Part shown: piece after piece, positions 1 through 10,010 of the stretch
Numbering within the stretch: position 1 is the first letter of the stretch
Layout: each line of letters opens with the position of its first letter
Origin: Candidatus Heimdallarchaeota archaeon
GTDB lineage: Archaea; Asgardarchaeota; Wukongarchaeia; Wukongarchaeales; JBHIFL01
Assembly: GCA_046761065.1 (NCBI GenBank)
Contig: JBHIFL010000044.1
Location: 1 to 36,321 of the forward strand
Length of the DNA stretch: 36,321 bases
Reading direction: 5' to 3'
Notes under the pieces: model-generated
The model's database searches: none
What the model was told of the DNA's origin: nothing
The model's input: the letters and a program-made list of their open reading frames with translations, nothing else
Translations under genes and position numbers: made by a program

Positions 1-310
1 CTAGTCTTGATATTTCCGCGGCAGCTGTATCTGCTATTAATTTGGGTCATTTTCTTCTTGATAATTTGGGCAGATTACAAGAAACACTCTTTGGGACTGC
101 AAGATCCTGTTCAGAATCAATAATGTCTTGAATGCCAGAAATCAAAAACGCTTTAATTTAAAGATAAATCTTTAATCTTAAGAATTTCAGGTCATGACTG
201 CGATTTTTTCTCGTTAGGTTATTTTCATATATAAAATGAGACTGATCTTAAAATTAACAAAGGAAAACTTATATTTTCGTTTCATGCATAGATATACATG
301 GGATTTAATA

Positions 311-547
311 ATGGTCTATAAAACAATTTCTTTATCAGATGAGGCTTATAAACGTTTATTAGAACGTAAAAAAGGCAATGAAAGCTTTAGTGATGTTGTA
401 TTACGTTTAACGGGCAATAAAACTTTACGTGATTTTGTGGGCATCCTCTCCGAGGATTCATGCAGTAAACTAGAAGTCGCATTAGTACAATTTCGAGAAA
501 CCCGAGGTACTATCTTCAAGCAAGAACTTGACCGATTATCAGACTAA
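311..547 (+). CDS. vapB: VapB-type antitoxin (DUF217/UPF0330 family)
   Basis: Likely start ATG at 311. MVYKTISLSDEAYKRLLERKKGNESFSDVVLRL is the typical archaeal DUF217 antitoxin signature, and the gene lies directly upstream of a PIN-domain remnant. Confidence 0.85.
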   Translation: MVYKTISLSDEAYKRLLERKKGNESFSDVVLRLTGNKTLRDFVGILSEDSCSKLEVALVQFRETRGTIFKQELDRLSD

Positions 548-559
548 ATAGACGAAGGG

Positions 560-960
560 ATGTTGACAATGATAGCTGATACTTGCTTTATCATTGATTT
601 AATGCGAAAACAAAAGAATGCAATAGATAAATTGGTTCAAATCGAAAAGAATAATGAAAGGCAATATTTGATAAACCCTACTGTTTCGAGTTAGCAGTTG
701 GAGTTGCTATGAGCGGTATGCCAGAAGACTAAAAACAGAAAATTATTGAGATAATTAAAGATTTTTCAGTTTTATCATTAACATTCGAGGAAGCTTGGCG
801 AGCAGGTCTAGAACTTGGACGTCTTTATATTCAAGGCCAGCCTGTAGATCCTATTGATGCCCAAATCGCTGGTATAGCTCTCGTCAAAAATCAACCTCTG
901 GTTACGAAGAATGTTGACCATGTTAATCGTTTTCCAGATTTACAATTAGATCAATATTAA
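560..960 (+). pseudogene. vapC: VapC PIN-domain toxin, inactivated
   Basis: Manual translation gives MIADTCFIIDLMR...NPTV/FELAVG...PED*KQK...IDAQIAGIAL...LVTKNVDH...Y*, with PIN motifs DT, D..IA and T.N..H. There is a 1-nt deletion in the T-run at 684-686 and an in-frame TAA at 730-732. Confidence 0.85.
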
Positions 961-1046
961 TAAAAAGCATGAATAAGATCATTACATTGGGAAGTTCTTG
1001 ATGGGAGATATTGCCTATCAGAACGCAGACTGCTACTTTTGGATAC

Positions 1047-2423
1047 TTATTTAAATAAAGACGGCTTGTACGGCGAAATATGTTCGCGTAAGCCGATTAA
1101 CGCGGTTTTTACGGTTTTTACCAAAGCATCAAGCTCTGTCTCAGTCATTGGGGTCGAGAGACACCCCATCCCTCGCGGGGCTAGGGATATCCCGCGGTTC
1201 AGGAGATCGAGGAATAGAAGCAAGGCGAGTTCCTTGTCTGCCATGGCAGCGTCTCGGTAATCAATGATTTCTTGCTCCGTGAAGTGGATGTTGAATAGCG
1301 AAGCGACTCCCGTGACTCGAGCTTTCACCCTAACCTCTTCGAACACCTCGGTCAAGTGGGCACGAAGCCGGGTGCCTCCCGCTTCTAACTTTTCATAAAC
1401 TGAAGGGGTGAGTTCATTTAGCGTAGTAATACCTGCGACTAAGGTGATCGGGTTGCCATTAAACGTACCCGAGTGAGGGAGAATCGGGGGGTCCCGACTC
1501 GGGGAGAAGAGCGCCATGATGTCCTCGCGCCCCCCGAGTGCGCCTACGGGAAACCCACCCCCAATGATTTTACCCAGGGTTGTCAGATCGGGTCGCACAT
1601 GATAACGTTCTTGGGCGCCTCCTCTAGCGACCCTGAAGGTAATGATTTCATCAAAGATGAGGAGCACATCGTGTTGCTCCGTCACTTCCCGGAGAACTTT
1701 GAGGAAATCCTCCCGCGGGGGGATCACTCCTCCTGCGCCAAGGATCGGCTCAACAATAACCGCAGCTAACTCTTTGGCGTGGTCTTGGATCAGCTGCTCG
1801 GCTGTGGGACCATCATTAAACGGGAGAACTAGGACATCTTTGACCACGCCGTCAGGAATCCCCGCGGCCTCAGGAATGCTTCGTGGATGCGTTTTCGCTC
1901 CTGCAAGCTGAATGGGAGGGTGGACGCTTACTTGAACGGAATCGTGAGAGCCATTGTAGCCGCCTTCGATTTTAGCGAGCTTGGGTTTCCCGGTAAACGC
2001 GCGAGCTGCGCGGATCGCATTCATAGTCGCTTCAGATCCCGAATTGGTATAGCGCAGCTGTTTGATCGAAGGAACACGTTGGCGAATGAGGTGTGCGAGT
2101 TGGGCTTCAAGTTCAGTGGGAGCCCCAAAGGACGATCCCAAGTGTAACTGGGCTTGGACAGCTGCGATGATCCGTGGATACGCGTGTCCAAGGATTAGGC
2201 TAGTATAGTTGTTGAGAAAATCAAGGTATTCATTGCCATCGACATCGTAGATCCGACATCCCTTCCCCTGCGTAACGTAGATCGGGTAGGGTTTAAAATA
2301 CACAGCATGTCGTGAATTCCCACCAGGTAGAACGCGTTGCGCTGCCATATGCAAAGCACGACTTTTACTCGTACGTTTCAAAAAGGCATTCATAACTGGT
2401 AATCCAACTGTGAATTGCGACAT
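1047..2423 (-). CDS. Class III PLP aminotransferase, glutamate-1-semialdehyde aminomutase-like
   Basis: Motifs DVDGNEYLDF, NSGSEATMNAIRAARA, LIFDEIITFR, DLTTLGKIIGGGFPVGA and HSGTFNGNP. The canonical YHG is YNG here, so it may not be a true HemL. The ATG at 2423 follows an AGGTGG RBS. Confidence 0.85.
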   Translation of the reverse strand: MSQFTVGLPVMNAFLKRTSKSRALHMAAQRVLPGGNSRHAVYFKPYPIYVTQGKGCRIYDVDGNEYLDFLNNYTSLILGHAYPRIIAAVQAQLHLGSSFGAPTELEAQLAHLIRQRVPSIKQLRYTNSGSEATMNAIRAARAFTGKPKLAKIEGGYNGSHDSVQVSVHPPIQLAGAKTHPRSIPEAAGIPDGVVKDVLVLPFNDGPTAEQLIQDHAKELAAVIVEPILGAGGVIPPREDFLKVLREVTEQHDVLLIFDEIITFRVARGGAQERYHVRPDLTTLGKIIGGGFPVGALGGREDIMALFSPSRDPPILPHSGTFNGNPITLVAGITTLNELTPSVYEKLEAGGTRLRAHLTEVFEEVRVKARVTGVASLFNIHFTEQEIIDYRDAAMADKELALLLFLDLLNRGISLAPRGMGCLSTPMTETELDALVKTVKTALIGLREHISPYKPSLFK

Positions 2424-2773
2424 TTGACCCACCTACTCAGACGTCAAGAATTCGTGCACTTTAATTATTTAAAAATTCACTTCCCAAAGAATGGAGGTAT
2501 CCGTTATTTCCGCTTACAAGATTCTCAACCATAATATCTCACTTACCAAAACAATGAATGGCATACATGTTGGAATCGGGACTATATTCTTGGTCGAGTG
2601 CTTAGATCCTCTGAACAAGCAGGATGTGAGCTTGGAAAATTGTAAATCTATCGCTATCGAATATATGAAGACAAATTTCTGTACTGGAAAGGGGATTGGT
2701 TTTTCGTCTTCCTAAATAGAAAGGTCTTTTGAGGGGGTGAATAAAAAGTGATTCTCCTCTTCTTATTCAGGGA

Positions 2774-3637
2774 ATGATTTCCAACGGGCCAAATCGTAAA
2801 CCTATATGGACGGTGAGAATCTTCGACTCATTTACACTTTTATTCTTGATTAGTTGCATTTTTTTGATCGCAGCTGTAGCAGCAATCATCGGGTTAGGGG
2901 GAGGGGTCTTTTATGTGCCGCTCTTCCTTTATGTGGGTGGCCTTTCGATGAAGGAAGCCGCCCCCCTCTCGTTATTCATCATCCTTGGGGTGAGTTCGAT
3001 AAGTACGTTGACTCATTATCGAGAACGCCAGATCAAGCCTAAGACGGGACTTCTTTTAGAGGTCTTCACCATCATCGGAGCGGTCGGGGGGACGTTTGTG
3101 AATACCTTCCTCTCGGAAGTAGTTCTTCGACTCTGCTTTGCTGTGGTGCTCTTTCTTATTGGGGGCTGGACCTTCCTGGAAGTGGCGCGAGTTGGCGAAC
3201 GATCTCCCTCCAAAGATCAGAAAGGTTCCATTGGAACCCTCTCGAGTGGGAGAAAACTAGTAATATTCACTTTATCCTTCCTTATTGGACTCATTACAGG
3301 GAGTCTTGGAATCGGAGGGGGGGTTGTCAAAGTTCCTATCTTGGTCTATGTTGTTGGTATTCCCATGCCAGTGGCGGTTGGGACGTCGGAGCTAATGATT
3401 GTGCTCACTTCGTTGGTGTCTGGTCTCACCTACCATCTTAGGGGTCGATTAGAAGTAATATCTGCAATCCCGTTTATTTTAGCAGGAATGGCTGGAGCAT
3501 ACCTCAGCACACGGATCTCAATGAAGAGGTTGGGATCCAAACAACTCAGTACGATCTTCGCAAGCTTCGTGATCCTAGTAGGGCTCTTCATGTTGCTCGA
3601 GACTTACCTGGCACTTAACTTGAACGGAAATGGATGA
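2774..3637 (+). CDS. TauE/SafE family (sulfite/sulfonate exporter) membrane protein
   Basis: Two internal repeats with GLGGGVFYVP and GIGGGVVKVP motifs plus AVGTS; about 8 hydrophobic helices. Confidence 0.85.
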   Translation: MISNGPNRKPIWTVRIFDSFTLLFLISCIFLIAAVAAIIGLGGGVFYVPLFLYVGGLSMKEAAPLSLFIILGVSSISTLTHYRERQIKPKTGLLLEVFTIIGAVGGTFVNTFLSEVVLRLCFAVVLFLIGGWTFLEVARVGERSPSKDQKGSIGTLSSGRKLVIFTLSFLIGLITGSLGIGGGVVKVPILVYVVGIPMPVAVGTSELMIVLTSLVSGLTYHLRGRLEVISAIPFILAGMAGAYLSTRISMKRLGSKQLSTIFASFVILVGLFMLLETYLALNLNGNG

Positions 3638-3662
3638 GGTTCATGTTTTTTTAAAAATTCAT

Positions 3663-4883
3663 TTATTGTAAGTTGCTTCGATCTAAAAACAAGATCGCCA
3701 CTGAGAGGCTGACCACACCCAAAACAACGTTTCCCAAGAGAGGTGCTCTATAACCATAGGTCTCAGCCAGAATTCCTCCCAGAATCGGAGGAAACAAACT
3801 AACTATCCCCCGTGCCCCCCATAATTTTCCAAATTCAGAGGCGGTTCTCTCAGGGGATACATGATCTACCACCAGTGATTGAATCGCAGGACCCCAAAAG
3901 CTCATCGCGATTCCGAAAAGCACAAATATGACTAGAAACGTCAATTCGCCTGGAAAAAGGGCACAAACTAAAATTGATGGGACCGCTATCGAGTCAGATA
4001 GGACTATCGCCCATTTACGTGTCCAATCAACAACCCTGCTTACCACGCCAATTTGGCAAACCCCCCCCGCAAGGCTTGTCAGTAGTGCATATAGCAGGAT
4101 TTTTTGGTCCGTCACTCCTTGAAAATCGGCTAAGAGCCCGTAGATGAGATGCCATCCCATACCGTATGCAAAGGAATCGGTAATCACAACATAGAAATAT
4201 AAACTTTTGAGCTTCGAAGGAATCGGCAAATTACTTTTGATGTTTTGGAAGAACCCTGATGTCTGACCGGGGGAGATAAGCGTCTCAGATAACATGAAGT
4301 AAATTAGCCCAAGATTGACCCCGACTAAGATGGTAAAAAGGAGGAAGGCACTCTGTATGGAACCTTGGCGTAATACTACATACCCAAGAACAGCGGCGAA
4401 AACTCCTGCGATCAGCCGACTTGCACTCCGATAGGTAAAAGCCCTTGTGTGTTGACCACTTGGAACGGATTCTGCCGTCGCTGCGTTCATAGCCGGTTGA
4501 TTAAGGGCAATTGCAAACCCTGCAATAAGTACTGGGAAAAAAAGAATCGACCAGTAGGTGGCAGTTACAAACAAGAGACCTGCAACAATCAGAAACAAAC
4601 TTGCAATAAGCATAGGACGCCGACGTCCGGTTCTATCACTGTATTCCCCAAAGATGAGCATAGGCAACAACATAGAAAAATGCGAGATGCTCACCATTGT
4701 GCCAACGATAGCCATCGAGCCCTCCAAACGAATTACAAGGGGCTGAAGCAAGGAATTGTAGAGCATGAACGCCCCGCCAAGGAGGAATGAACTAACAACT
4801 AAAACCGGCAGATTTCGCCTAGGGAATGGAGCGCGAGTATCTTCCCACCCTTTGTTTTCTAGTGATCTGGATTCATTTACCAC
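3663..4883 (-). CDS. MFS transporter
   Basis: 406 aa with about 12 hydrophobic segments and MFS motif A (GEYSDRTGRRRP). Confidence 0.9.
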   Translation of the reverse strand: MVNESRSLENKGWEDTRAPFPRRNLPVLVVSSFLLGGAFMLYNSLLQPLVIRLEGSMAIVGTMVSISHFSMLLPMLIFGEYSDRTGRRRPMLIASLFLIVAGLLFVTATYWSILFFPVLIAGFAIALNQPAMNAATAESVPSGQHTRAFTYRSASRLIAGVFAAVLGYVVLRQGSIQSAFLLFTILVGVNLGLIYFMLSETLISPGQTSGFFQNIKSNLPIPSKLKSLYFYVVITDSFAYGMGWHLIYGLLADFQGVTDQKILLYALLTSLAGGVCQIGVVSRVVDWTRKWAIVLSDSIAVPSILVCALFPGELTFLVIFVLFGIAMSFWGPAIQSLVVDHVSPERTASEFGKLWGARGIVSLFPPILGGILAETYGYRAPLLGNVVLGVVSLSVAILFLDRSNLQ

Positions 4884-5111
4884 TAAGTCCTACTCCTGCC
4901 TCAGCCACTCAGTTGAGTGCCGCTCCCATCGATGAATCTTCGAGAACGATCAAACCCAGCGATCATTTTTCCTTGGCAAAATCGATCTCGAATGAACTCT
5001 CAAGCATTCAAGTTGTTTCTGGCTTTGTCATCATCGCAGATTCTAATTTGAGAGGAACCAATCATCTTCCCCACTTGGCAATTATATTAACCGATTTAGA
5101 ACTTTCATTCT

Positions 5112-6053
5112 TTACTGGTTTTCCTGAATTATCTTAAGGAGTTTTACCAGCATTTCGTCTCTCCATCTTATTATTTCATCTAATGATTTAGTATGGACCA
5201 CATCCATTTCATAAACACCTTGTATTGTCTTCTTTGCGGCAGAAGGAGGGATCGCGGTCCATGTTTCCATGGTCTCCCATCGATAGCTGTATGATTGAGA
5301 ATAGTTCTCAAGGAAGCGTTCAACACCGTTTCCTGCTAAATGAATTCGTAAAAATGGACCAATTAATGGGTCTCGGAGGCCAATCCCCATGCAAAACGCT
5401 TTGTCAACCGCTTCCACACTAGCAATACCCTTGTCGACTAAGTCAATAGCTTCCCGTAATATAGCGGCTTGCAATCGGTTAATAATATAACCAGGAACTT
5501 CTCTGGTTAGCACTACAGGAGCTTTTCCTAACGTTAACATAAATTCATAAGCGGTATTAACAGTCTCTTGAGACGTTTGTTCTCCCCCGACGATCTCTAC
5601 AAGGGGAATAAGGTGAACTGGGAGAACCGGGTGGACTAGCACACACCGCTCTGGTCTGGTTGTCACTTTCTGTATATTAGTCATCAGCAAACCTGATGTA
5701 CTACTAGCCAAAATTGTGTGATTTGGTGCCACAGCATCCATCTCTTTGAAAATTTGCTTTTTTACATCATAATTATCAGGAACAGACTCTTGAACGTAGT
5801 CCGCGCGACCGACTGCTTCAGCAATGCTCGTGGTCGTTTTTATTCGTTTAAGAGCGTCTTTCATTTTGCCATATCTAAGAAGATTGTGTTCCTCCAGAAA
5901 TGATAGGTTTGAAGTTACATGCTTAACTGCCTTCTTAAGGATGACCTCAGTAACGTCTTGCAGAATCACTTCACAGCCTTGTGAAGAAAATAGGGTCGCC
6001 CAACCTTGACCTATCAACCCAGCTCCGACACAAGCCACTCTAGTAATGTTCAT
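5112..6053 (-). CDS. 3-hydroxyacyl-CoA dehydrogenase family, L-gulonate 3-dehydrogenase/L-carnitine dehydrogenase-like
   Basis: Motifs GAGLIG (Rossmann), YVQESVPD, ILASSTSG, HPVLPVHLIPLVEIV, GYIINRLQAAILREA and GIGLR..IGP. Confidence 0.88.
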   Translation of the reverse strand: MNITRVACVGAGLIGQGWATLFSSQGCEVILQDVTEVILKKAVKHVTSNLSFLEEHNLLRYGKMKDALKRIKTTTSIAEAVGRADYVQESVPDNYDVKKQIFKEMDAVAPNHTILASSTSGLLMTNIQKVTTRPERCVLVHPVLPVHLIPLVEIVGGEQTSQETVNTAYEFMLTLGKAPVVLTREVPGYIINRLQAAILREAIDLVDKGIASVEAVDKAFCMGIGLRDPLIGPFLRIHLAGNGVERFLENYSQSYSYRWETMETWTAIPPSAAKKTIQGVYEMDVVHTKSLDEIIRWRDEMLVKLLKIIQENQ

Positions 6054-6421
6054 TTGCGTTCCACCACGATTTAAAGAGAATATTCATATCATGTTATTGA
6101 ATACTTCTTCGGCGATATCAAGAAGCTCCTCCCGAATATATGAAGAGGGATTGAATTCCCAGTATTTGCAAGTAGACATAGAACTAACCTCGATTTTTTC
6201 AGCACCTTTCTAACAAGATCGAATGATGTCAGAATTTTGAAGGAAAAATCAATAAAAACCAAGAAACAATCCATTCGAATTTCTATTATTTTGACGGTTA
6301 AGAAATCAGTTTGCCTTAAAGTCCTAATGTCTGTTAATTCGCCAGCAATGCTATGAAAACCAGCTCCTAAAAACGCTAAGATCGATGATAGTAGTAATCT
6401 GGGATGAAAAATTGTCAGTAA

Positions 6422-6937
6422 CTAAAGTAATCTTTCTTGTGGTATTATGACAGTATAACCTGCAAATTTATGACCCTTACTTAGCTTGAAGCCATTAAGC
6501 CCTACCCCATGGCACAAAACCTTCGTGTTAGGGTTTATCCTAATATACGTAAAAGATTCTCTTTCCGGTGTCGCTATTTCTTTTATGATGCGTCGTGTTT
6601 CTTTTCTTTGAAAATATGGATTGTACTTCATCGTTATCTATGGGGACTAATTCAGCTTCGCTATTGAACGTAGCTGTTCCTGAAGGAGCTAAGCGAATAT
6701 AACAATGGGGAAAAGGAATAAGGAAAGATACCATCGGATTATTTTAGATGTTTCGCACTTTCTCATACTTCTTTGATGTCAGGTAATAGAAACTAAATTG
6801 GAGGTAGGGGGTGAAACCCTGAAACATATCCCCCGATGTATGGGCGTTCCATCTCGATTAATTGTGGTTAAAATCCTAAATGTCTTCTTACGGACCCGGT
6901 ATTCTATGAAAGAAAAAGAAAATGGATGTATTTTCAT
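6422..6937 (-). pseudogene. Pyridoxamine 5'-phosphate oxidase-like (split-barrel flavin-binding) protein, fragmented
   Basis: Three ORF fragments join into KKTF.ILTTINRDGTP...TSKKYEKVRNI*NNPMVSFLIP...ATFNSEAELV...YIRINPNTKVLCHGVG, which contains the PNPOx-like motifs 'T...DG.P' and 'K.RNI..NP.VS'. At least two frameshifts and one stop. Confidence 0.65.
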
Positions 6938-7104
6938 ATCAAATCCTTCTCCATGAATCCCTGGGTTTAAATAGACGGTCATTGAGGTTTAGGTTTTATA
7001 TTCATCGTATATACACATGTAAATCCTAAATAGATTTAATTCCTTTAGATGAAGATTATAACTCCTATTCATTTATCTGAAATTAATGACCAGGTAAATC
7101 ATAC

Positions 7105-7279
7105 ATGAAACCTTACTCGTTTTTGCAACTCGATGGAGGGCAATAAAAGAGATAGCTAATGAAATTACTCAAATTCTCCGGATAACCTTCTTTTATCAGC
7201 GGGTGCTGTTGATTTGAAAACAAAAAAATTTGAATTTGATAACAAATGAATTATTCGCTTATTTTTTGGAAGTGATATT
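7105..7279 (+). pseudogene. Flavodoxin-domain N-terminal remnant
   Basis: After a frameshift the sequence reads MK/TLLVFATRWRAIKEIANEITQILR, resembling the flavodoxin start 'KTLIVYATxxGxTKEIAxEI'. The rest is degraded or truncated. Confidence 0.45.
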
Positions 7280-7957
7280 TTGCCTATCCAAATCAGATGG
7301 CTCGGTCATGCAGCCTTTCAAATAAAAACTGATCAAACAGTACTCTATATTGACCCACGCTACATGAAGAAACTAGCGTAGCTTGTAGGACGTTTTTTTG
7401 CGCAGCCTGAAAAAGCCGATATTATTCTTTTTACTCACCACCATGCTGATCATTGTTATCCCTCGTCGATTGAGAAAATGCTTACTCCGAATACTACTCT
7501 TATTGGACCAAAAATATATACAGATAAAATCGGCACAGAATTAAAAATTATCACTCCTGGTGATACTATAATAATCGGGAACATCCAAATCTTGGCAGTT
7601 AATGCTTATAATACAAAACGATTCAGGACAGCTGCTAAACCTTGGCATCCAAAGGGGGAAGGCGTGGGGTATTTACTAACAATAGAGGGCAAGGTAATTT
7701 ATTACGCTGGTGATACAGACTTAATTCCTGAAATGCAGAAATTAGGGTCTATATTTTTAGCAATTCTCCCAATTGGAGACAAATTCACCATGAATCTTGA
7801 TGAAGCGATAGAAACAGCACAAATTATAAGCCCTAAAACCGTCATACCTATGCATTTGCGAGAATCGAATCCAGAAGAGTTCAAGGAGAAACTTGAAGCC
7901 ATTTCAACAATAGAAGTCGTTAGACTTGAAGAAGGAGAATCTTATATACTATCATAA
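7280..7957 (+). CDS. MBL-fold metallo-hydrolase (UPF0173-like) with one in-frame TAG at 7379-7381 (pseudogene or readthrough)
   Basis: TTG at 7280 is in frame with ORF 7478: MPIQIRWLGHAAFQIK...IDPRYMKKLA*LVGRFFAQPEKADIILFTHHHADH...YAGDT...PIG..TM...IPMH. Confidence 0.8.
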
Positions 7958-7979
7958 ACCCATTGAAAACTGATCAAAC

Positions 7980-9878
7980 TTAAAGGCGGTCTAGTTTCTC
8001 TAATTCGTCTGCAACATCTGGTAGGCCGAGTTCTTCGAGTTTTTCTCGTGTGGGGATCCCGTTCTTCGTCCAGCCGCGTAATTCGTAATAGTGGTTAAGT
8101 AACCAGTTGACTTGTTCTTGTGTTAAGTGCATACCCTTAACTGGCCCCCGGGCTGTGGGTTGGAACCACCGTCTAGGAGGTTGATCCCAGTTCCGTCCGA
8201 AATCTGGGAATTCTCTGATCCAGAACGCACGCGTCAAGTTCCAGACCCGTTCTGCATATTTAAACAGCTCTCTTGTGGTTTTATTGTCACCTGTGACGGC
8301 ATAATAAAACTTTGTATAATATTCGTAGTCCATTCCGGCCTCAATCCACGGGAACCGGCAGACACCCAACTGATCTAGCAGAGGGCGGCGGTGTTGTAAA
8401 TCCACAACCACTTCAGGCTTCCCTTTGAGTTTTTCTCGGCCCATGTCTACATCACGCTGCGAAGCCCAGGACCGATTGTGGTGAGCTCCGATGTCGGCTG
8501 TCATGAAAGAGAGGGCCATCGCTGGCGTAGCACGACAGTCATAAGCAGAGACTTCCGCACCTTTGACCTGCATTGCATAATCAATGCTTCCCCCACCCCA
8601 TCTCATCGCTGCGTAGCGGGTACCTTCCGCTAGCACATTTCCAATGCCTTCGCGGTGGGCGATCATATGTTGCAGTTTATAAACCAAGTCAGCATCTCCA
8701 AATCGAAGTTCGAGCCCTCCAGTCTCTTCTTTAGTGATGATCCCCTTCTCGAAGCATTCAATCGCAAACCCAATACATGAACCAGTAGAGATTGTATCGA
8801 TACCCAGGTTATTACACAGATAATTCGCATACTGAAGGTCATTGACATCGAAAAGCTCGAGATTCCCCCCGATAAGCCCGGAAGCTTCATATTCTGTGAA
8901 ATGTGTCTGGATCCCATATTTTTTAATGTCAACCATCATCCAGCATTGACAAGGACATCCATAGCAAGCCCGATCTTGAATCAAGTACTGGCGTTGGGCT
9001 TCTCCAGAGATATCCTCCCACCGATCATAAACACCATACTGGAAATTTCGATTGGGAAAGATTCCGACCTCATTTGTCCAAGGAATCACCATTGTGGTCC
9101 CATAGCTTTTAAATGTCGAATAAATGGTTCCTGCACGAATTTCCTTAACTGCTGCGCTACGGAGGTCTTTCAGCTTCTCTGGATCATGAACATCGAGATC
9201 GCGATTTGTTCCACGAATAACTATCGATTTTAGCTTTTTTTGCCCCATTACAGTTCCACAACCCATCCGCCCGGAATTACGCCCTTCACTGTGAGTGATA
9301 CAGGCATACTTCACCCCGTTCTCAGCACCTGGACCGACAGAAGCTATTTGAAAGCGTGTACCTAGCTCTTTTTTTAATATCTTCTCGGTATCAATTGCTC
9401 CTTTTCCCCAATATTCGGACGCGTTTCGCAATTCCACATCATCATCATAAATGTAGAGGTACACCGGTTTTTCAGATGCTCCTTTGAAGATTATCATATC
9501 ATATCCCGCAAATTTCAATTCAGGACAAAAGTAACCTCCCATCATTGAATCCGCATAGCCATTGGTGAGTGGAGATTTACACCCAAAAATGGTCCGGTTA
9601 CCAGCAACAAGCTTATGGCCAGAAAGAACACCTGTTGCGCAAATAAAGATATTTTCTGGAGAAAGAGGATTTATTCCCGGAGTTAATTCGTCCCACAGAA
9701 TCCGAGCGACAAACCCGCGCCCGCCTAGATACTCCCTCGCCAGATTTTGGTCTAATTCTTCCTTTCTGATTTTACCTGAAGTGAGATTCACCCGAAGAAT
9801 TTTTCCAGCATATCCTTTCACCTTCAATACCTCTAATACCAGTTTTTGAGGATTCTTGCTTTTATGAATTCCACTCAA
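7980..9878 (-). CDS. aor: Tungsten-dependent aldehyde:ferredoxin oxidoreductase family (FOR-like clade)
   Basis: Motifs GYAGKILRVNL, KSPLT, ELKFAGYD, CYGCPCQC, EYE, DTISTG, GAHH..W and CRFPWIE. The true start is probably near 9821-9827, after a GAGGT RBS. Confidence 0.92.
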   Translation of the reverse strand: MSGIHKSKNPQKLVLEVLKVKGYAGKILRVNLTSGKIRKEELDQNLAREYLGGRGFVARILWDELTPGINPLSPENIFICATGVLSGHKLVAGNRTIFGCKSPLTNGYADSMMGGYFCPELKFAGYDMIIFKGASEKPVYLYIYDDDVELRNASEYWGKGAIDTEKILKKELGTRFQIASVGPGAENGVKYACITHSEGRNSGRMGCGTVMGQKKLKSIVIRGTNRDLDVHDPEKLKDLRSAAVKEIRAGTIYSTFKSYGTTMVIPWTNEVGIFPNRNFQYGVYDRWEDISGEAQRQYLIQDRACYGCPCQCWMMVDIKKYGIQTHFTEYEASGLIGGNLELFDVNDLQYANYLCNNLGIDTISTGSCIGFAIECFEKGIITKEETGGLELRFGDADLVYKLQHMIAHREGIGNVLAEGTRYAAMRWGGGSIDYAMQVKGAEVSAYDCRATPAMALSFMTADIGAHHNRSWASQRDVDMGREKLKGKPEVVVDLQHRRPLLDQLGVCRFPWIEAGMDYEYYTKFYYAVTGDNKTTRELFKYAERVWNLTRAFWIREFPDFGRNWDQPPRRWFQPTARGPVKGMHLTQEQVNWLLNHYYELRGWTKNGIPTREKLEELGLPDVADELEKLDRL

Positions 9879-10010
9879 TATAAATAGAGAGTTATTTGGA
9901 AGAACGGGCTACCCAATTCTCCCTATTAAATATCAAAAGATGGAAAGGGGAGTATAAAAATTTAGAGGATGTTTATCCTCTAAAGCGTCGCTTCGTCAAT
10001 CGAACGAGTG

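Noticed and set aside
1-235. Possible end of an upstream gene (one frame is vaguely roadblock-like)
   Set aside because: Several short frames are open and there is too little sequence to choose among them.
2491-2715. 74-aa ORF between the aminotransferase and TauE
   Set aside because: No recognisable motif; it lies in a divergent promoter region and cannot be supported.
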